From IMG/VR virus record IMGVR_UViG_3300032893_000007: DNA of 60,552 bases; one strand, written 5' to 3'. The stretch comes from an uncultured virus (IMG/VR IMGVR_UViG_3300032893_000007) (taxonomy: Duplodnaviria; Heunggongvirae; Uroviricota; Caudoviricetes). The notes below the pieces were generated by a model. It saw only the letters and a program-made list of their open reading frames with translations, was not told the DNA's origin and ran no database searches. The position numbers were made by a program, and so were the translations under genes. Positions 29,001 through 38,661 of the stretch are shown here, one piece after another; the first letter of the stretch is position 1; every line of letters starts with the position of its first letter.

Positions 29001-29665
29001 GACGAGCCTCCCCCGTCGGAAGCGTCGTTCCCGTCGCGTTCCGAACCCGGATGCCGGAGCTTCCAGAGCCTCTCGGAGCCCCGCACGTCCACGACGACGT
29101 GCCCGGATCCGCAGTTCCCGCACTCCGACGGCCTACCCAGCTGCTTCAGGAAGAGCCTGAGCTGATGACAGCTCGGGCAGTAGTACTCGTAGCCGCCGAG
29201 ACCCTCGCGGAGCGACCACCTGACCTCGGATCTCGGAGGCCTCACGGTGCTGTCGGTGGCGGACTTGTCCCACCGGATCCGGTCTCCGTCGTCGTGCTGG
29301 AACTCCTCGTGTCCTCTCGGCAGGTGGCAGCGGTTGTGGTAGTCGTACCAGACCCCGCACGTGGCTTCGTCCCCTCGAACCCTCTCAGCATCCTCGCCGT
29401 CGTAGAGAGCCTCGAAAACCGCAGCTCGCACCCCGTCCGACCTCTCCACCCTGACCATCTCCTCGAGTCGGTTCCGCACGCCATCGGCCTGCAGGTGACC
29501 AGAAAGGCCGTAAGCTGCGCCCTCGCGCACGACGGACGCCGCGTGCCTCAACATGCCGACCAAGAACGAGACCGTCGTCCGCCCGTCGGCAGACTTTCCG
29601 TCCGACGGGGCTCCCTTGAGGAGCTCGCACGCGAACGACAGGTCGACCTCATCTTGCGTGATCAC
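28997..29665 (-). CDS. Zn-ribbon hypothetical protein
   Basis: CHLPRGH, CPSC, CGNC. Confidence 0.6.
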   Translation of the reverse strand: MITQDEVDLSFACELLKGAPSDGKSADGRTTVSFLVGMLRHAASVVREGAAYGLSGHLQADGVRNRLEEMVRVERSDGVRAAVFEALYDGEDAERVRGDEATCGVWYDYHNRCHLPRGHEEFQHDDGDRIRWDKSATDSTVRPPRSEVRWSLREGLGGYEYYCPSCHQLRLFLKQLGRPSECGNCGSGHVVVDVRGSERLWKLRHPGSERDGNDASDGGGSS

Positions 29666-29860
29666 GTTTTCGACCCTCCCTTCGGACGATCTAGCGGCAA
29701 GATCTCCGCGCCCCAGGCACAGCAGCATCCGTTTTGCTGAGCGGCATTATAAGCCTCTTCTTCCGAGTAGAACTCGGCCGGGTTCCCGTCGTCATCGGAC
29801 ACGACCAAGAGCATCCCCGTCGTCGGATTGCGGGTCACTATTATGTAGCTGAGCATCGTA

Positions 29861-30787
29861 TTACATCCGGTCTTTGCGGTGCCATGGGCATGGGTAGCCA
29901 GTCATGCAGCTGCACATCTTCTGCCGCCGTCGAGGGTCTGACTTCCCGACAGATTCGCGCGCAGAAGACGGAATGACCTGATCAGCTCTGCTCGCGGAAG
30001 ATTGGATGAGCTGATCCTCGTCGACGAGGCTTTCCGCGACGATCGTCACCCTCACCGGACGTTGTCCCGTTTTTCGCTCGACGCCACGAAGTTCAGCTTC
30101 GGTGTCGAACCCCCCGCGCGAACCCCACACGTCGTCCGGAACCACCGCCAGCGACAACTTCGTATACCCATACACGACCTTCGTCGCCCGAGCCTGTGGC
30201 AGGCGAGGCTCGCCAGCGGACTGCCGTGCTGTAGTATAGCGTTCGCGGAACCACGCAAACTCGCGAGCTGCGACGTCCCTGTCGGTAACCAGCTTACCTT
30301 CCGCCAGCTCACGGCGGATGCCGACCTTGAGCTCGCATAGCGCCATCAGATCATCAGATGTCGGATCCGTCGGTATTTGACGGGCTACGAGGTGCTCTTC
30401 GAGGGAGCGAATCGTGACGTCGCGTCGAGCGACGGCACCCGACACTCGGTCCAGCTCCTGGCGGTGCTTCTCCTCGAGTACCAGTCGTTCCTGTTCGAGC
30501 TTGAGGATACGCTCCCTGACGACCCTCCTCTCGTCGTACGTGAGGCACTCCTCCTCGTCTGCCGGCGTTGACCGAGATCCTACCGACTCATCTGGCGCGT
30601 GCTCGCGGACATCCAGGGGAACAAGCTCGGCGAAAAATTTACAGACCACGTCGAAGGCCAAGACCGCAGAACTCCTCTCGTCAGTTCCCCCCTGGCTCCG
30701 CTTGTCGAACGCTGATTCGAGCGCCTTCCGCAGCTCCTCCCTGTCCAATCCCGCGACAATGTTGGTGTGATGTATATCAATCGCCAT
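29861..30787 (-). CDS. hypothetical coiled-coil protein
   Basis: 308-aa ORF with AAAGGA RBS; somewhat lower GC. Confidence 0.65.
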   Translation of the reverse strand: MAIDIHHTNIVAGLDREELRKALESAFDKRSQGGTDERSSAVLAFDVVCKFFAELVPLDVREHAPDESVGSRSTPADEEECLTYDERRVVRERILKLEQERLVLEEKHRQELDRVSGAVARRDVTIRSLEEHLVARQIPTDPTSDDLMALCELKVGIRRELAEGKLVTDRDVAAREFAWFRERYTTARQSAGEPRLPQARATKVVYGYTKLSLAVVPDDVWGSRGGFDTEAELRGVERKTGQRPVRVTIVAESLVDEDQLIQSSASRADQVIPSSARESVGKSDPRRRQKMCSCMTGYPCPWHRKDRM

Positions 30788-30822
30788 GACTCGTCCTTTC
30801 AGCCTCTTGCTTCGCTCTTAAA

Positions 30823-31092
30823 CTACTTCGTCCTCACGGTTACGCCCTTGAACGGCCACCCAGCGCACGCAATGAGCTGCACCCGCTGCCCATTGACGTT
30901 CGTCGCGTCCATCTCGTAGGCAGCATTATCGTCCCTCCCACAACCGTGCAACTCGACGAAGAAGATGTAAGAGTCCGTGATCGTGACGTTTCGGTATCCT
31001 TGCTTCGCCACAGCCGTTCGCGTGTCGTCGTCACTGACGAACGCTCCACAGCCGCCGAACGCTAATACAGTCAACACGATTAGTTTCTTCAT
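30823..31092 (-). CDS. small lipoprotein
   Basis: MKK + hydrophobic core + FGGC lipobox; GCGRDD, ATNVNG, CAG. Confidence 0.75.
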   Translation of the reverse strand: MKKLIVLTVLAFGGCGAFVSDDDTRTAVAKQGYRNVTITDSYIFFVELHGCGRDDNAAYEMDATNVNGQRVQLIACAGWPFKGVTVRTK

Positions 31093-31105
31093 GGTTTCTT
31101 AGCTC

Positions 31106-32854
31106 CTAGTTACAGTCGAAGAGCAAGCTCGACGCCCGAACGGCTCCCCCCTGACACTCCACCAGGAGCTTGTGGCGCAACTTGTACAGGAACGTGTCGC
31201 GCGAGCTCCGACTGTAGCCGCACTCCCCGTCGATCTTCTCCCTGCTGACGGCATCAGGATACGCGGAGACGGCGACGTACAGGACGTTCCACTCGCCGCG
31301 CGACAGTCGTCCTTTCCAGTACTCGAGCAATTTCGAACCCTCGGGCAGTGGTGAAAAATCATGGCCGTATCGCCTCTTGGCTTCCCCGGTGGCCGCGAAC
31401 CTCCGATCGTCGTCCTCCGACACCTCCAACAACCCCTGCTGCCTGAGCTTGTAGAGAAAGGTATCCCGGGAGCTCCGGCTGTAGCCGCACAGGACGCTGA
31501 GCTGCTCCCTCGTAACGCCGCCGACGGCATCGAACTGCAGCGCGGCCGCGAGCACGTTCCGCTCACCTTTCGAGAGCTTGTCTTGACCGCCGTCAACCTT
31601 CCGACGCTCGACGGAGAGCTGCTTCTCGGTAGGTCGAGCCGGCTGGCACTCCTGTCGGACGGTGACCATGCGGCCAACCGGAGACCTCACCGACAACGGG
31701 AAGTTCTCCTGCGCCGCCTCTATGAGCCCGAGCGCCATGGTCGCCTGCACGCGGACGAGGTCGGCGACCTGTCCGGGAAGAGATTCGAGCCTCCGCCGGC
31801 CGTCCTCCACGACGTCCCTCCACTTGGAAGGCACCACCGGCACCTGCTCGACGACGGGTTTCACAGCGGTTCGCGCCTCGAGCTCCGCCACCTGACGGCG
31901 GAGCCTCGTGATCTCGGCCTGCAGGGCCGAGGGGGTCCCGCGCGACACCTCCTCGGCCGCCTTGCCCATGGAGGCGACGAGGGCATCCAGATCGAGGGGC
32001 TGGGTGACCACATCGTCCTGGGCCTCCACCGGCGTTGCCCCCGTGTCGAAGGTCGACTTGAGCCTCGTCTGGTACCGGCCGAAGATGCCCCGCACCGGAC
32101 ACCAGGCGTAGCAGACCCCCGTCGGGAGCTCCGGCAGCTGGTCGGCGATATCGCGCGTCCCGGCGGCGCCCTTTTCCTGCACCCACTTCTCGATCGCCTG
32201 CCGCTCGAGCGTGCCGTTGGTCCGGAAGGCGAGGACGGTGTCGGACAGGAACATGACATCCTTGCTGATCTTCTGCGGCCGCTGCGTGATGAGGAGGAGG
32301 CCGACGCCGAAGTTCCTGCCGACCTCGCCGATCTCTGCCCAGGCCCCGAGCATGCGCTCCTGACCCTTGTAGAGCATCTGGGGGACGAACCGCTGGGCCT
32401 CCTCAAGGACGACGAGGGTGGGGCCCCGGTGTTTCTTCTTGGCGCCAAAAAAGGCCTCGGCGAAGTCGGTCGCGAACCTGGCCCGGTCGGACTTGCTGAA
32501 TTCGGAGAGATCCAAGATGGCCGCAGAGCGGCGCTCGGCGAGCGCCTCGGCGACCACCCGGCCGGCGGTCGCCGAGAGGTCGACGTCGCCGTGCCTGCCG
32601 CCCAGGATGGGGACGTCGTACTTCGACGGCGTCTTCCCGTCGGGCATGAGGCGGAGTCCGTACCAGATCCCGACGTAGTCGAGGACGATGACCTGCACGC
32701 CGGCGTCGAGCATCTGCTCGGCGATCACGGTAGCCCCGTTGGTCTTGCCGCCCCCGCGGTTACCGACGAGCGTGGTCACCTCGCAGGCAAACCTCAGGGC
32801 GGGGAACGCCAGATCTTTCGCCAGCTTGATCGTCTTCTCGGTGGTCACGTCCAC
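31106..32854 (-). CDS. HerA/FtsK-superfamily (DUF87-like) ATPase with two C-terminal winged-helix repeats
   Basis: Walker A GNRGGGKT, Walker B LVVLEEAQRF, GRNFGVG, TQRPQ; GYSRSSRDTFLYKLR twice. Confidence 0.85.
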   Translation of the reverse strand: MDVTTEKTIKLAKDLAFPALRFACEVTTLVGNRGGGKTNGATVIAEQMLDAGVQVIVLDYVGIWYGLRLMPDGKTPSKYDVPILGGRHGDVDLSATAGRVVAEALAERRSAAILDLSEFSKSDRARFATDFAEAFFGAKKKHRGPTLVVLEEAQRFVPQMLYKGQERMLGAWAEIGEVGRNFGVGLLLITQRPQKISKDVMFLSDTVLAFRTNGTLERQAIEKWVQEKGAAGTRDIADQLPELPTGVCYAWCPVRGIFGRYQTRLKSTFDTGATPVEAQDDVVTQPLDLDALVASMGKAAEEVSRGTPSALQAEITRLRRQVAELEARTAVKPVVEQVPVVPSKWRDVVEDGRRRLESLPGQVADLVRVQATMALGLIEAAQENFPLSVRSPVGRMVTVRQECQPARPTEKQLSVERRKVDGGQDKLSKGERNVLAAALQFDAVGGVTREQLSVLCGYSRSSRDTFLYKLRQQGLLEVSEDDDRRFAATGEAKRRYGHDFSPLPEGSKLLEYWKGRLSRGEWNVLYVAVSAYPDAVSREKIDGECGYSRSSRDTFLYKLRHKLLVECQGGAVRASSLLFDCN

Positions 32855-33250
32855 GTTACCTCCGGATCACGCCCGAGCAGCCTCGGGCTCGCAGAACATG
32901 TAGAGCGTCGACGCCAGGAAGCGCACCGCCTCCGACGTTCCCGTCTCGTGGTAGCACCAGTCGAACATCCAGACCTCCCCCAGAGGCGTGCGATCGTGGT
33001 ACTTCCGACATCGGCACTGCCCGCAGTGCTGGTCCGCGCTGCCTCCCCAGCTCGCCCGAGCCGACGACGTCGCCGTGCCACCCGCCATCGAGTCCCTCAG
33101 CCGACCGACCTCTTGAGATCGTCGCACGTCCGACGATCTCTCCTCCCGAGCTCCCGGCGCTCGAGCTCCTCGCACTTCGCGATTTCAGACTTGACGTCGA
33201 CCTGGCAGGCGAGCGCCACCTCGTAGGTAGTCTTGAAGCGCCTCGTTCCT

Positions 33251-33781
33251 TCACGTCGAGCTCCGCGGAAAAACACCGTCGTAGTAGCCCTCGGCGACCT
33301 GCCCGGCCAAGATCTTGACCGGACCCTTGAAGATCAGGCTCGCGTGCAGGGTGTTCCGAGTGACTTCCCACAGGCACACGTACTCGCCGAACGAGTCGAG
33401 GACGTGGTTGGTGGTGTAGCTGCAGACGAAGACGCTGGACGGGTACCGCTCTCGCAGGGTGTCCACGACCTCGGCCGCCTTGAGGGCAACCTCCGCGTAC
33501 TTCGTGACCCGACCCACCTTCAATCCTCGGTACCTGACGACGAGCCTGACGAACCGGCCGAGCTCGGCGATCATCTTGCGATGATACGCGACGACGACGA
33601 CCACCAAGCAGAGCATGACCGCCGAGCAGAGCATGACCGCAGCCGCCTCAACGGCGAAGATCCAAGGGTGACAAGCGGGACTGCGATACAGCCGGTAACA
33701 GGCGGCGATGCTCGCCACCGCCCCGATAGCCCAGATCCAGGCGAAAACTTCGCCCCGCAACTTCTTGGTACCGTCCATCAT
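33251..33781 (-). CDS. membrane protein with two TM helices, possibly frameshifted near 33270
   Basis: Two hydrophobic segments after MMDGTKK. Confidence 0.6.
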   Translation of the reverse strand: MMDGTKKLRGEVFAWIWAIGAVASIAACYRLYRSPACHPWIFAVEAAAVMLCSAVMLCLVVVVVAYHRKMIAELGRFVRLVVRYRGLKVGRVTKYAEVALKAAEVVDTLRERYPSSVFVCSYTTNHVLDSFGEYVCLWEVTRNTLHASLIFKGPVKILAGQVAEGYYDGVFPRSST

Positions 33782-33986
33782 GTCTTCACCCTGTCGCGAA
33801 ACAGCTCGACGGCCTTGGCCCACGTCGTCCGCCTCACGGAGAACCCCACCGGCAGGTTCGCGACCGGTGAACGATCTCCGTCCCAGACGGCCACCGGCCG
33901 ACCTGAGAGATCGCAGGCGAGCCAGCACCCCGTCTCGAGGAAGCGCACAGTCTTGCCGTCGGACTTCCACTGGGCGAACGTCGTGA

Positions 33987-34535
33987 TCATGAGTTGGGAC
34001 TCCACCAGCCGCGCACGAAGATCTTCGAGAGCCTCCGAACGATCTCGGAGATCCTGTCGGAGAGGTGGTAATTCGCGGACGGACGAGCCCGCAGGGTAGC
34101 CGCGACCCCCAGGACCTGGTCGACGTAGAGGGGGTTGCCCTCGTTGTAGTGCGCGAGGAAGTGGTGGCTCCCCTTGTGCTTCCTCGCGCACCACTTCTTC
34201 CACCTAGCCATGCGCTTGGCGGCGAGCTGGTAGAGCGCCCGAGCGTCGTACCCGGCCCGCTTCTCGACGCCCATGATCCGGACGCCCATCGGGCAGGCGT
34301 CAAACCCGACGACCACCTCGCGTCCCCGCACCAACTTCTTGACCGGGTTGTCCTTGTCCTGCATGTCGCACTCGACGATCTCGAGCGACACCATGTGGAC
34401 CGGGTCGAGGGAGTACTCCTCGGCAGCCTCCATGATGTACGCGGCGTGCTCCTCGCACCTGGCGTCGTCCCAGGCCGGCCGGCCGAACACCCCGGAGGCG
34501 AGGCAGAGCATCCTGGTGAGCATCGCGAGCGTCAT
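33987..34535 (-). CDS. lytic transglycosylase (SLT)-like protein
   Basis: AAEEYSLDP..MVSLEIVEC (candidate catalytic Glu) and LAHYNEG; N-terminal hydrophobic segment. Confidence 0.6.
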   Translation of the reverse strand: MTLAMLTRMLCLASGVFGRPAWDDARCEEHAAYIMEAAEEYSLDPVHMVSLEIVECDMQDKDNPVKKLVRGREVVVGFDACPMGVRIMGVEKRAGYDARALYQLAAKRMARWKKWCARKHKGSHHFLAHYNEGNPLYVDQVLGVAATLRARPSANYHLSDRISEIVRRLSKIFVRGWWSPNS

Positions 34536-34811
34536 CTGTCCCCACGACGGCAAACGTCTCTCGAGGCACCTCGCGGCCTCCCCCCGACCGCGGGAGGACG
34601 TCGCTCGTCCCCGTCGAGCACTCCGGCGCAAGATACCTTCGCTCGTGAGACGCGCGCGACCACCTGCTCGTACGCCGTCGGACTCCAGACGCTCTTCCGC
34701 CTGGTACGACGATCGCAGCCCGCCAGCCAGCGGACGAGACGGTAGAGGCCGACCGAGCCCGCCAGGCTCGCGAAGCCGAAGGCCAGGACGACCAGGCAGT
34801 CTCCGGCCAGG

Positions 34812-36074
34812 TCAAGCACCGCGGACCTCGTCCCTGCCGAGCTTGGCGGCTAGATCGGCCAACGCGGAACTCTCGGGATGCTTCTCCGTCAGTCCCTCCG
34901 ACATCTCCTTGGCCAGCGCGTACTTGCCGAGGCGGCGGTACGCCACCGCGACCAAGATCTTGGTGGAGTCCTCGTAGACCACCCCGTTGTCGAGGCACTG
35001 CGGGCGATCCTTGTTCACCATCGCCCTCTCGAAGGCCGAGATGCATTCCTGCCACCTCTCCTGGCGAAAGTAGGCGCGCGACAACCTCAAGGCAGAGAGC
35101 ACACCGGGATGGAGCTCCAGCGAGCGCTCGTACCAGCGGCTCGCCAGGGCGAAGTTCTGCTCCTCCTCGCAGATCTCGCCCATCATGGACGCTGCCCACG
35201 CCCGCTCCTCGTCCCAGCGCGAGGTCGCGATGCACATCTCGATGAGCTGGGCCGCCAGCCTCGGCATGAATGCCCGGGCCTCGGCGGCGAGGTAGACCAT
35301 CTCGCGGGACGTAATCTGCCAGTCCCTGCGGCGGGCGTTGTGGTAGAGGATCTTGAGATTGCGTCCCGGTATCCTGATCCCCGTGCCGGTGCTGTCGCGC
35401 AGGTCGCGCACGACGAGACTGCCGTCGACCATAGCCGCGCGGTCCGGCCGCAACATCCTCAAGTACTCGTGCACGGACCCGTGCCAGACGACGTCGGTCG
35501 TGTTCCGGGCGATCCGCTCGCGGAAGGCGTCAGCCCTCGAGAGTCCTCCCCGGACGTGGTCGTAGTGGTAGCGGGTCGACACGGCGTCGAGCCCCCGCTC
35601 GCCCATCAACTGGCAGAGTCCCGGGAGGCTCCGAGGGTCGTCGACCACGTCGTCGGCGTCGAGGTGGAGCCTATACGCCGCTTCTCCCTGGCACCACCCG
35701 ACGTTGCGGGCGGCAGCCCACTCGGCCAGGATGGGACCTCCCGTGTAGGGCACCTCGAAGGACTCACCGACGAGCGAGTGCCCCACCTCGTACGTGGACT
35801 TGACGTCCGTGATGTAGAGGTCGGGGTTGAGCGCGCTCGTGACCTCGAAGACCCTGAGCCGGAGCGAGTGCTTCTCGCATCCGGCCGCGATGACCTCCCG
35901 AGTGTCGTCCTCGCAGTCGTTGAGCACGACCACCACCTCGTCGAGGTAGGGACCCACGCAGTCGAGGAGCCTGCCCACCACGCTCCTCCCGTTCTTGACC
36001 ATGAGGTGGAGCCCGATCGTGGGACGATCTGTGATGTCCTCCGGACGCCTGAGCTGGATACCATCGCTTGTCAC
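34812..36074 (-). CDS. family 2 glycosyltransferase with TPR-like C-terminus
   Basis: IGLHLMVKN, WAAARN, LDADD, GSVHE, RNLKIL; paralog of 17643-18791. Confidence 0.85.
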   Translation of the reverse strand: MTSDGIQLRRPEDITDRPTIGLHLMVKNGRSVVGRLLDCVGPYLDEVVVVLNDCEDDTREVIAAGCEKHSLRLRVFEVTSALNPDLYITDVKSTYEVGHSLVGESFEVPYTGGPILAEWAAARNVGWCQGEAAYRLHLDADDVVDDPRSLPGLCQLMGERGLDAVSTRYHYDHVRGGLSRADAFRERIARNTTDVVWHGSVHEYLRMLRPDRAAMVDGSLVVRDLRDSTGTGIRIPGRNLKILYHNARRRDWQITSREMVYLAAEARAFMPRLAAQLIEMCIATSRWDEERAWAASMMGEICEEEQNFALASRWYERSLELHPGVLSALRLSRAYFRQERWQECISAFERAMVNKDRPQCLDNGVVYEDSTKILVAVAYRRLGKYALAKEMSEGLTEKHPESSALADLAAKLGRDEVRGA

Positions 36075-36629
36075 CTAGTCCTCCGTCTTCGAGAGTCTGA
36101 GAAGATGGGCAAACAACACCCGCTTATTCGGAAAATGATCGGACAAAAACATCTTCACCTCAAGGTAATCCACCCCCGACTTAAGGAGCTCCACGATATC
36201 CGCCTGATCTTTTTGCCTGCCTGCCAGGAGCTTCATAGCCACGAGGGGTACGACCGGCATGACCGGAACCTCCCCCTCGGCCGGCACAACCAAGAACTTC
36301 TCGAAGACGCTCCGCTCTCTCCCATCGAGCGACACCCAGTCTATGGTCACGCCCGCGTAGCGCACGGGCAGACCAGGTTTAGGCATCACGATCGGACCGT
36401 GAAACTCGAAGGCTTCGTCCCCCACGAGGAAGTCGACGTCCCTCGTGAATCGAGGATAGCCTGACATCCCCACGGCCATCCCCCCCACGAGCACGTGCCT
36501 TATCCCCGCCTTCCTGAACGCATCGGAAGTAGCTCGTGCCGCCTCCACGTGATCGGGCGAGGACGTGACCGCCAGATCGTCGAGCGTCGTCGCCCTGCCT
36601 GCCCTGCTTGTTCCGCGTCGGTGTACCAT
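36075..36629 (-). CDS. nucleotidyltransferase, AbiEii/MNT-like
   Basis: VLVGGMAV...PRFTRDVDFLV...MKLLAGRQKDQADI. Confidence 0.8.
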   Translation of the reverse strand: MVHRRGTSRAGRATTLDDLAVTSSPDHVEAARATSDAFRKAGIRHVLVGGMAVGMSGYPRFTRDVDFLVGDEAFEFHGPIVMPKPGLPVRYAGVTIDWVSLDGRERSVFEKFLVVPAEGEVPVMPVVPLVAMKLLAGRQKDQADIVELLKSGVDYLEVKMFLSDHFPNKRVLFAHLLRLSKTED

Positions 36630-36639
36630 GTCTTCCCTC

Positions 36640-37263
36640 TTAACAGTGACAGACACCGGTCTCCACGCTGCACGTGCAGGTGGCGCAGGCCTGGCACTGC
36701 CCGCCGGGACCGCAACCCACGTTGCACCCCGCGAAACACTCCGCGGCGCACTTCCTGACATCCGGTCCGACCTCTCGACGATCGGTAACCAGGTCAGGCG
36801 CACCCTCGGTCCCCGACTCCGCCCGAGCCTCAGGACGCGACGTGGAAACCAGGTCGACGGCGACCTCCGCGAAGACCTCGACCGCTCGGACGTCACTGCG
36901 GACCACGACGACCCGAGCATCGACCTCGACCTCCGACCCCGCGTCGTCCGCGGAGCTCACCTCGCTCGAAGAACCGTGACCGTCCGTCCCGACCTCTCCT
37001 GAAAGAAGAGACGTCCCGGCGTCGAACGTGACTCGGGCATCTCCCGACCGCGCACCTACCTCGGACCCCACTCCCCCGTCCGCGAGGCTCCCACCGACGC
37101 CTCCTCCGCCCGTCCCGGCCCCGTCGGCGACCGGAACGACCTGTCCCCGATGCCCCGCCGCACCCGACGGCACGTAGCGGAGCCCGTCCTCGTCCACGCT
37201 GCAGGACGAAGCAACCAGGAAAACACCCGAGATCGCGACGATGAAGCTTTTGATCGTAGTCAT
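36640..37263 (-). CDS. lipoprotein with Gly/Asp low-complexity linker and Cys-rich C-terminus
   Basis: Lipobox VASSC; DGAG/DGG/DAG repeats; terminal CAAECFAGCNVGC...CHC with 10 Cys. Confidence 0.75.
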   Translation of the reverse strand: MTTIKSFIVAISGVFLVASSCSVDEDGLRYVPSGAAGHRGQVVPVADGAGTGGGGVGGSLADGGVGSEVGARSGDARVTFDAGTSLLSGEVGTDGHGSSSEVSSADDAGSEVEVDARVVVVRSDVRAVEVFAEVAVDLVSTSRPEARAESGTEGAPDLVTDRREVGPDVRKCAAECFAGCNVGCGPGGQCQACATCTCSVETGVCHC

Positions 37264-37271
37264 GATTTTGA

Positions 37272-37312
37272 ATTCTCGAACAATCCGAACCAAGTGTCAA
37301 GAATCAAAAATG
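37272..37312 (-). promoter_or_regulatory. sigma70-like promoter, phage motif family
   Basis: TTGACA(37295-37300)-cttggttcggattgttc (17 bp)-GAGAAT; 28/29 identical to 7594-7622. Confidence 0.8.
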
Positions 37313-37344
37313 ATGAGCATCGGGCCGAGTCGAAATTACCCGCG

Positions 37345-37378
37345 AGCCTACTCCCGTTTCGAACAAAGTGTCAAGAAG
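37345..37378 (-). promoter_or_regulatory. second tandem promoter
   Basis: TTGACA(37369-37374)-ctttgttcg...(18 bp)-TAGGCT. Confidence 0.65.
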
Positions 37379-37670
37379 GTTTCTCGCTCCCGACGGACCT
37401 GACCTCGAAGCCGAGTTCGCGAAGCTGCTGGAGAAAAAGCGAACCCTGCGAGATGCAGTACTTTGGGGAGAAGCTCGTCATGTAGAAGACGAGAACCTGT
37501 CCCACGGCCTCCTCGGGGCTGAGCGACCTCACCTTCAGTGCCTCGAACCTGTCCGATCTTTCCTGCTGCTCGGCGCGCTTGGAGAGCTCCAAGAGCGCGA
37601 AAAACCCGACGCTCCCTCCTGTCATCCCGCAGAGGGTCCCGAGCTCCTCGAAAAAATGGAGCCAGTTCAC
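37371..37670 (-). CDS. hypothetical protein
   Basis: 99-aa ORF coupled to tmk. Confidence 0.55.
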   Translation of the reverse strand: MNWLHFFEELGTLCGMTGGSVGFFALLELSKRAEQQERSDRFEALKVRSLSPEEAVGQVLVFYMTSFSPKYCISQGSLFLQQLRELGFEVRSVGSEKPS

Positions 37671-38350
37671 GGCGATCGTCTTTCCCGAAAGAGCTCCGGC
37701 CTCAGGTCGAGCACGGCCCTCCAGATACGCTCGCCGACCTCGTCGACCGTCATGTTGCCGGGCACCACAACCCGACTAGCATCGCCGTACTCCCTCAACC
37801 ACCTCCACCTGTCGAAGTACGCCCGAGAGAGCCTCTCCTGCCTCGCGTAGTCGGACTCGTAGCGATTATGGTGATCGGCCCGATGCCCTACCTCGGAAGC
37901 CCTCACGTCGAGAAGGACGTTCAGGTCGGGAACCGGCAGGCAGGAGAGCGAAGCCTCGACGAAATTTCCGCTGAGCCCATCGGAGAGTCCGTAGAGCACC
38001 GCCGAGTCCTTCCAGCGCACGCAGACCGCCGACCTTCCCTCACGGAGGCAGGAGACGATCTCCGACGCCACCTCGTAGCGGTTGGCCAGCATGAGGCACT
38101 GCAAGGCTAGGGCGTCATGATCCGACATCTCACCTCCTCGACTGTCCCAACGAACGAGGCTCACCTTACCCGCGAGGTACTGGACGATCGCCTCGCCAGT
38201 CCGCGACTCGTACTTGGGGGTCGAAAAAAGCCTTGCCGGCACGGAGGCGGCCTCGAGCCTCTCGACGAGCCTTTCAGCCTGGAGGCTCTTACCGCACCGA
38301 TCGATCCCCTCGATGGCGACAAAAAATGGATCGCTCTTTCCGAAAACCAC
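37667..38350 (-). CDS. tmk: thymidylate kinase
   Basis: FVAIEGIDRCGKS P-loop, ANRYE, PDLNVLLD, RYES; the usual DR motif reads VR. Confidence 0.85.
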   Translation of the reverse strand: MVFGKSDPFFVAIEGIDRCGKSLQAERLVERLEAASVPARLFSTPKYESRTGEAIVQYLAGKVSLVRWDSRGGEMSDHDALALQCLMLANRYEVASEIVSCLREGRSAVCVRWKDSAVLYGLSDGLSGNFVEASLSCLPVPDLNVLLDVRASEVGHRADHHNRYESDYARQERLSRAYFDRWRWLREYGDASRVVVPGNMTVDEVGERIWRAVLDLRPELFRERRSP

Positions 38351-38359
38351 CCCGACCTC

Positions 38360-38640
38360 CTACACCACGCAGGTCCTCGAGCGCCTCACGACGAGTCCCG
38401 GAACCCCCACCCTCAAGATCCTGCGCTTCATGTTCAGCCTCTCCCGACCGTCCTCGCAGAGCCAGCTCATGTCTCGCCTCGCGCGCTTGCCGCCCTCATG
38501 TCTCGCCTCGCGCGCTTGCCGCCACCCACTAACATGCCGCTCGACTCTCGCGGCTTCGCGGCCGCCCTGACGACATCCCCGTCGTACTCCTCGAAGTACC
38601 TGGCAGGATACTCAATCTCGAGAACCCACATCTTCGCCAT
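38360..38640 (-). pseudogene. small gene frameshifted by a 29-bp tandem duplication
   Basis: Removing one repeat copy gives an open 83-aa ORF ...RRDMSWLCEDGRERL...TCVV ending just before tmk. Confidence 0.7.
38466..38523. repeat. perfect 29-bp tandem duplication
   Basis: ctcatgtctcgcctcgcgcgcttgccgcc twice. Confidence 0.95.
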
Positions 38641-38661
38641 GGGGCACACCGCCTGAGCAGA

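Noticed and set aside
29882..29895. CATGCCCAT on the minus strand resembling the cassette end
   Set aside because: The match is short and lies within codons (PCPW) of the 29861 ORF, with no partner or duplication.
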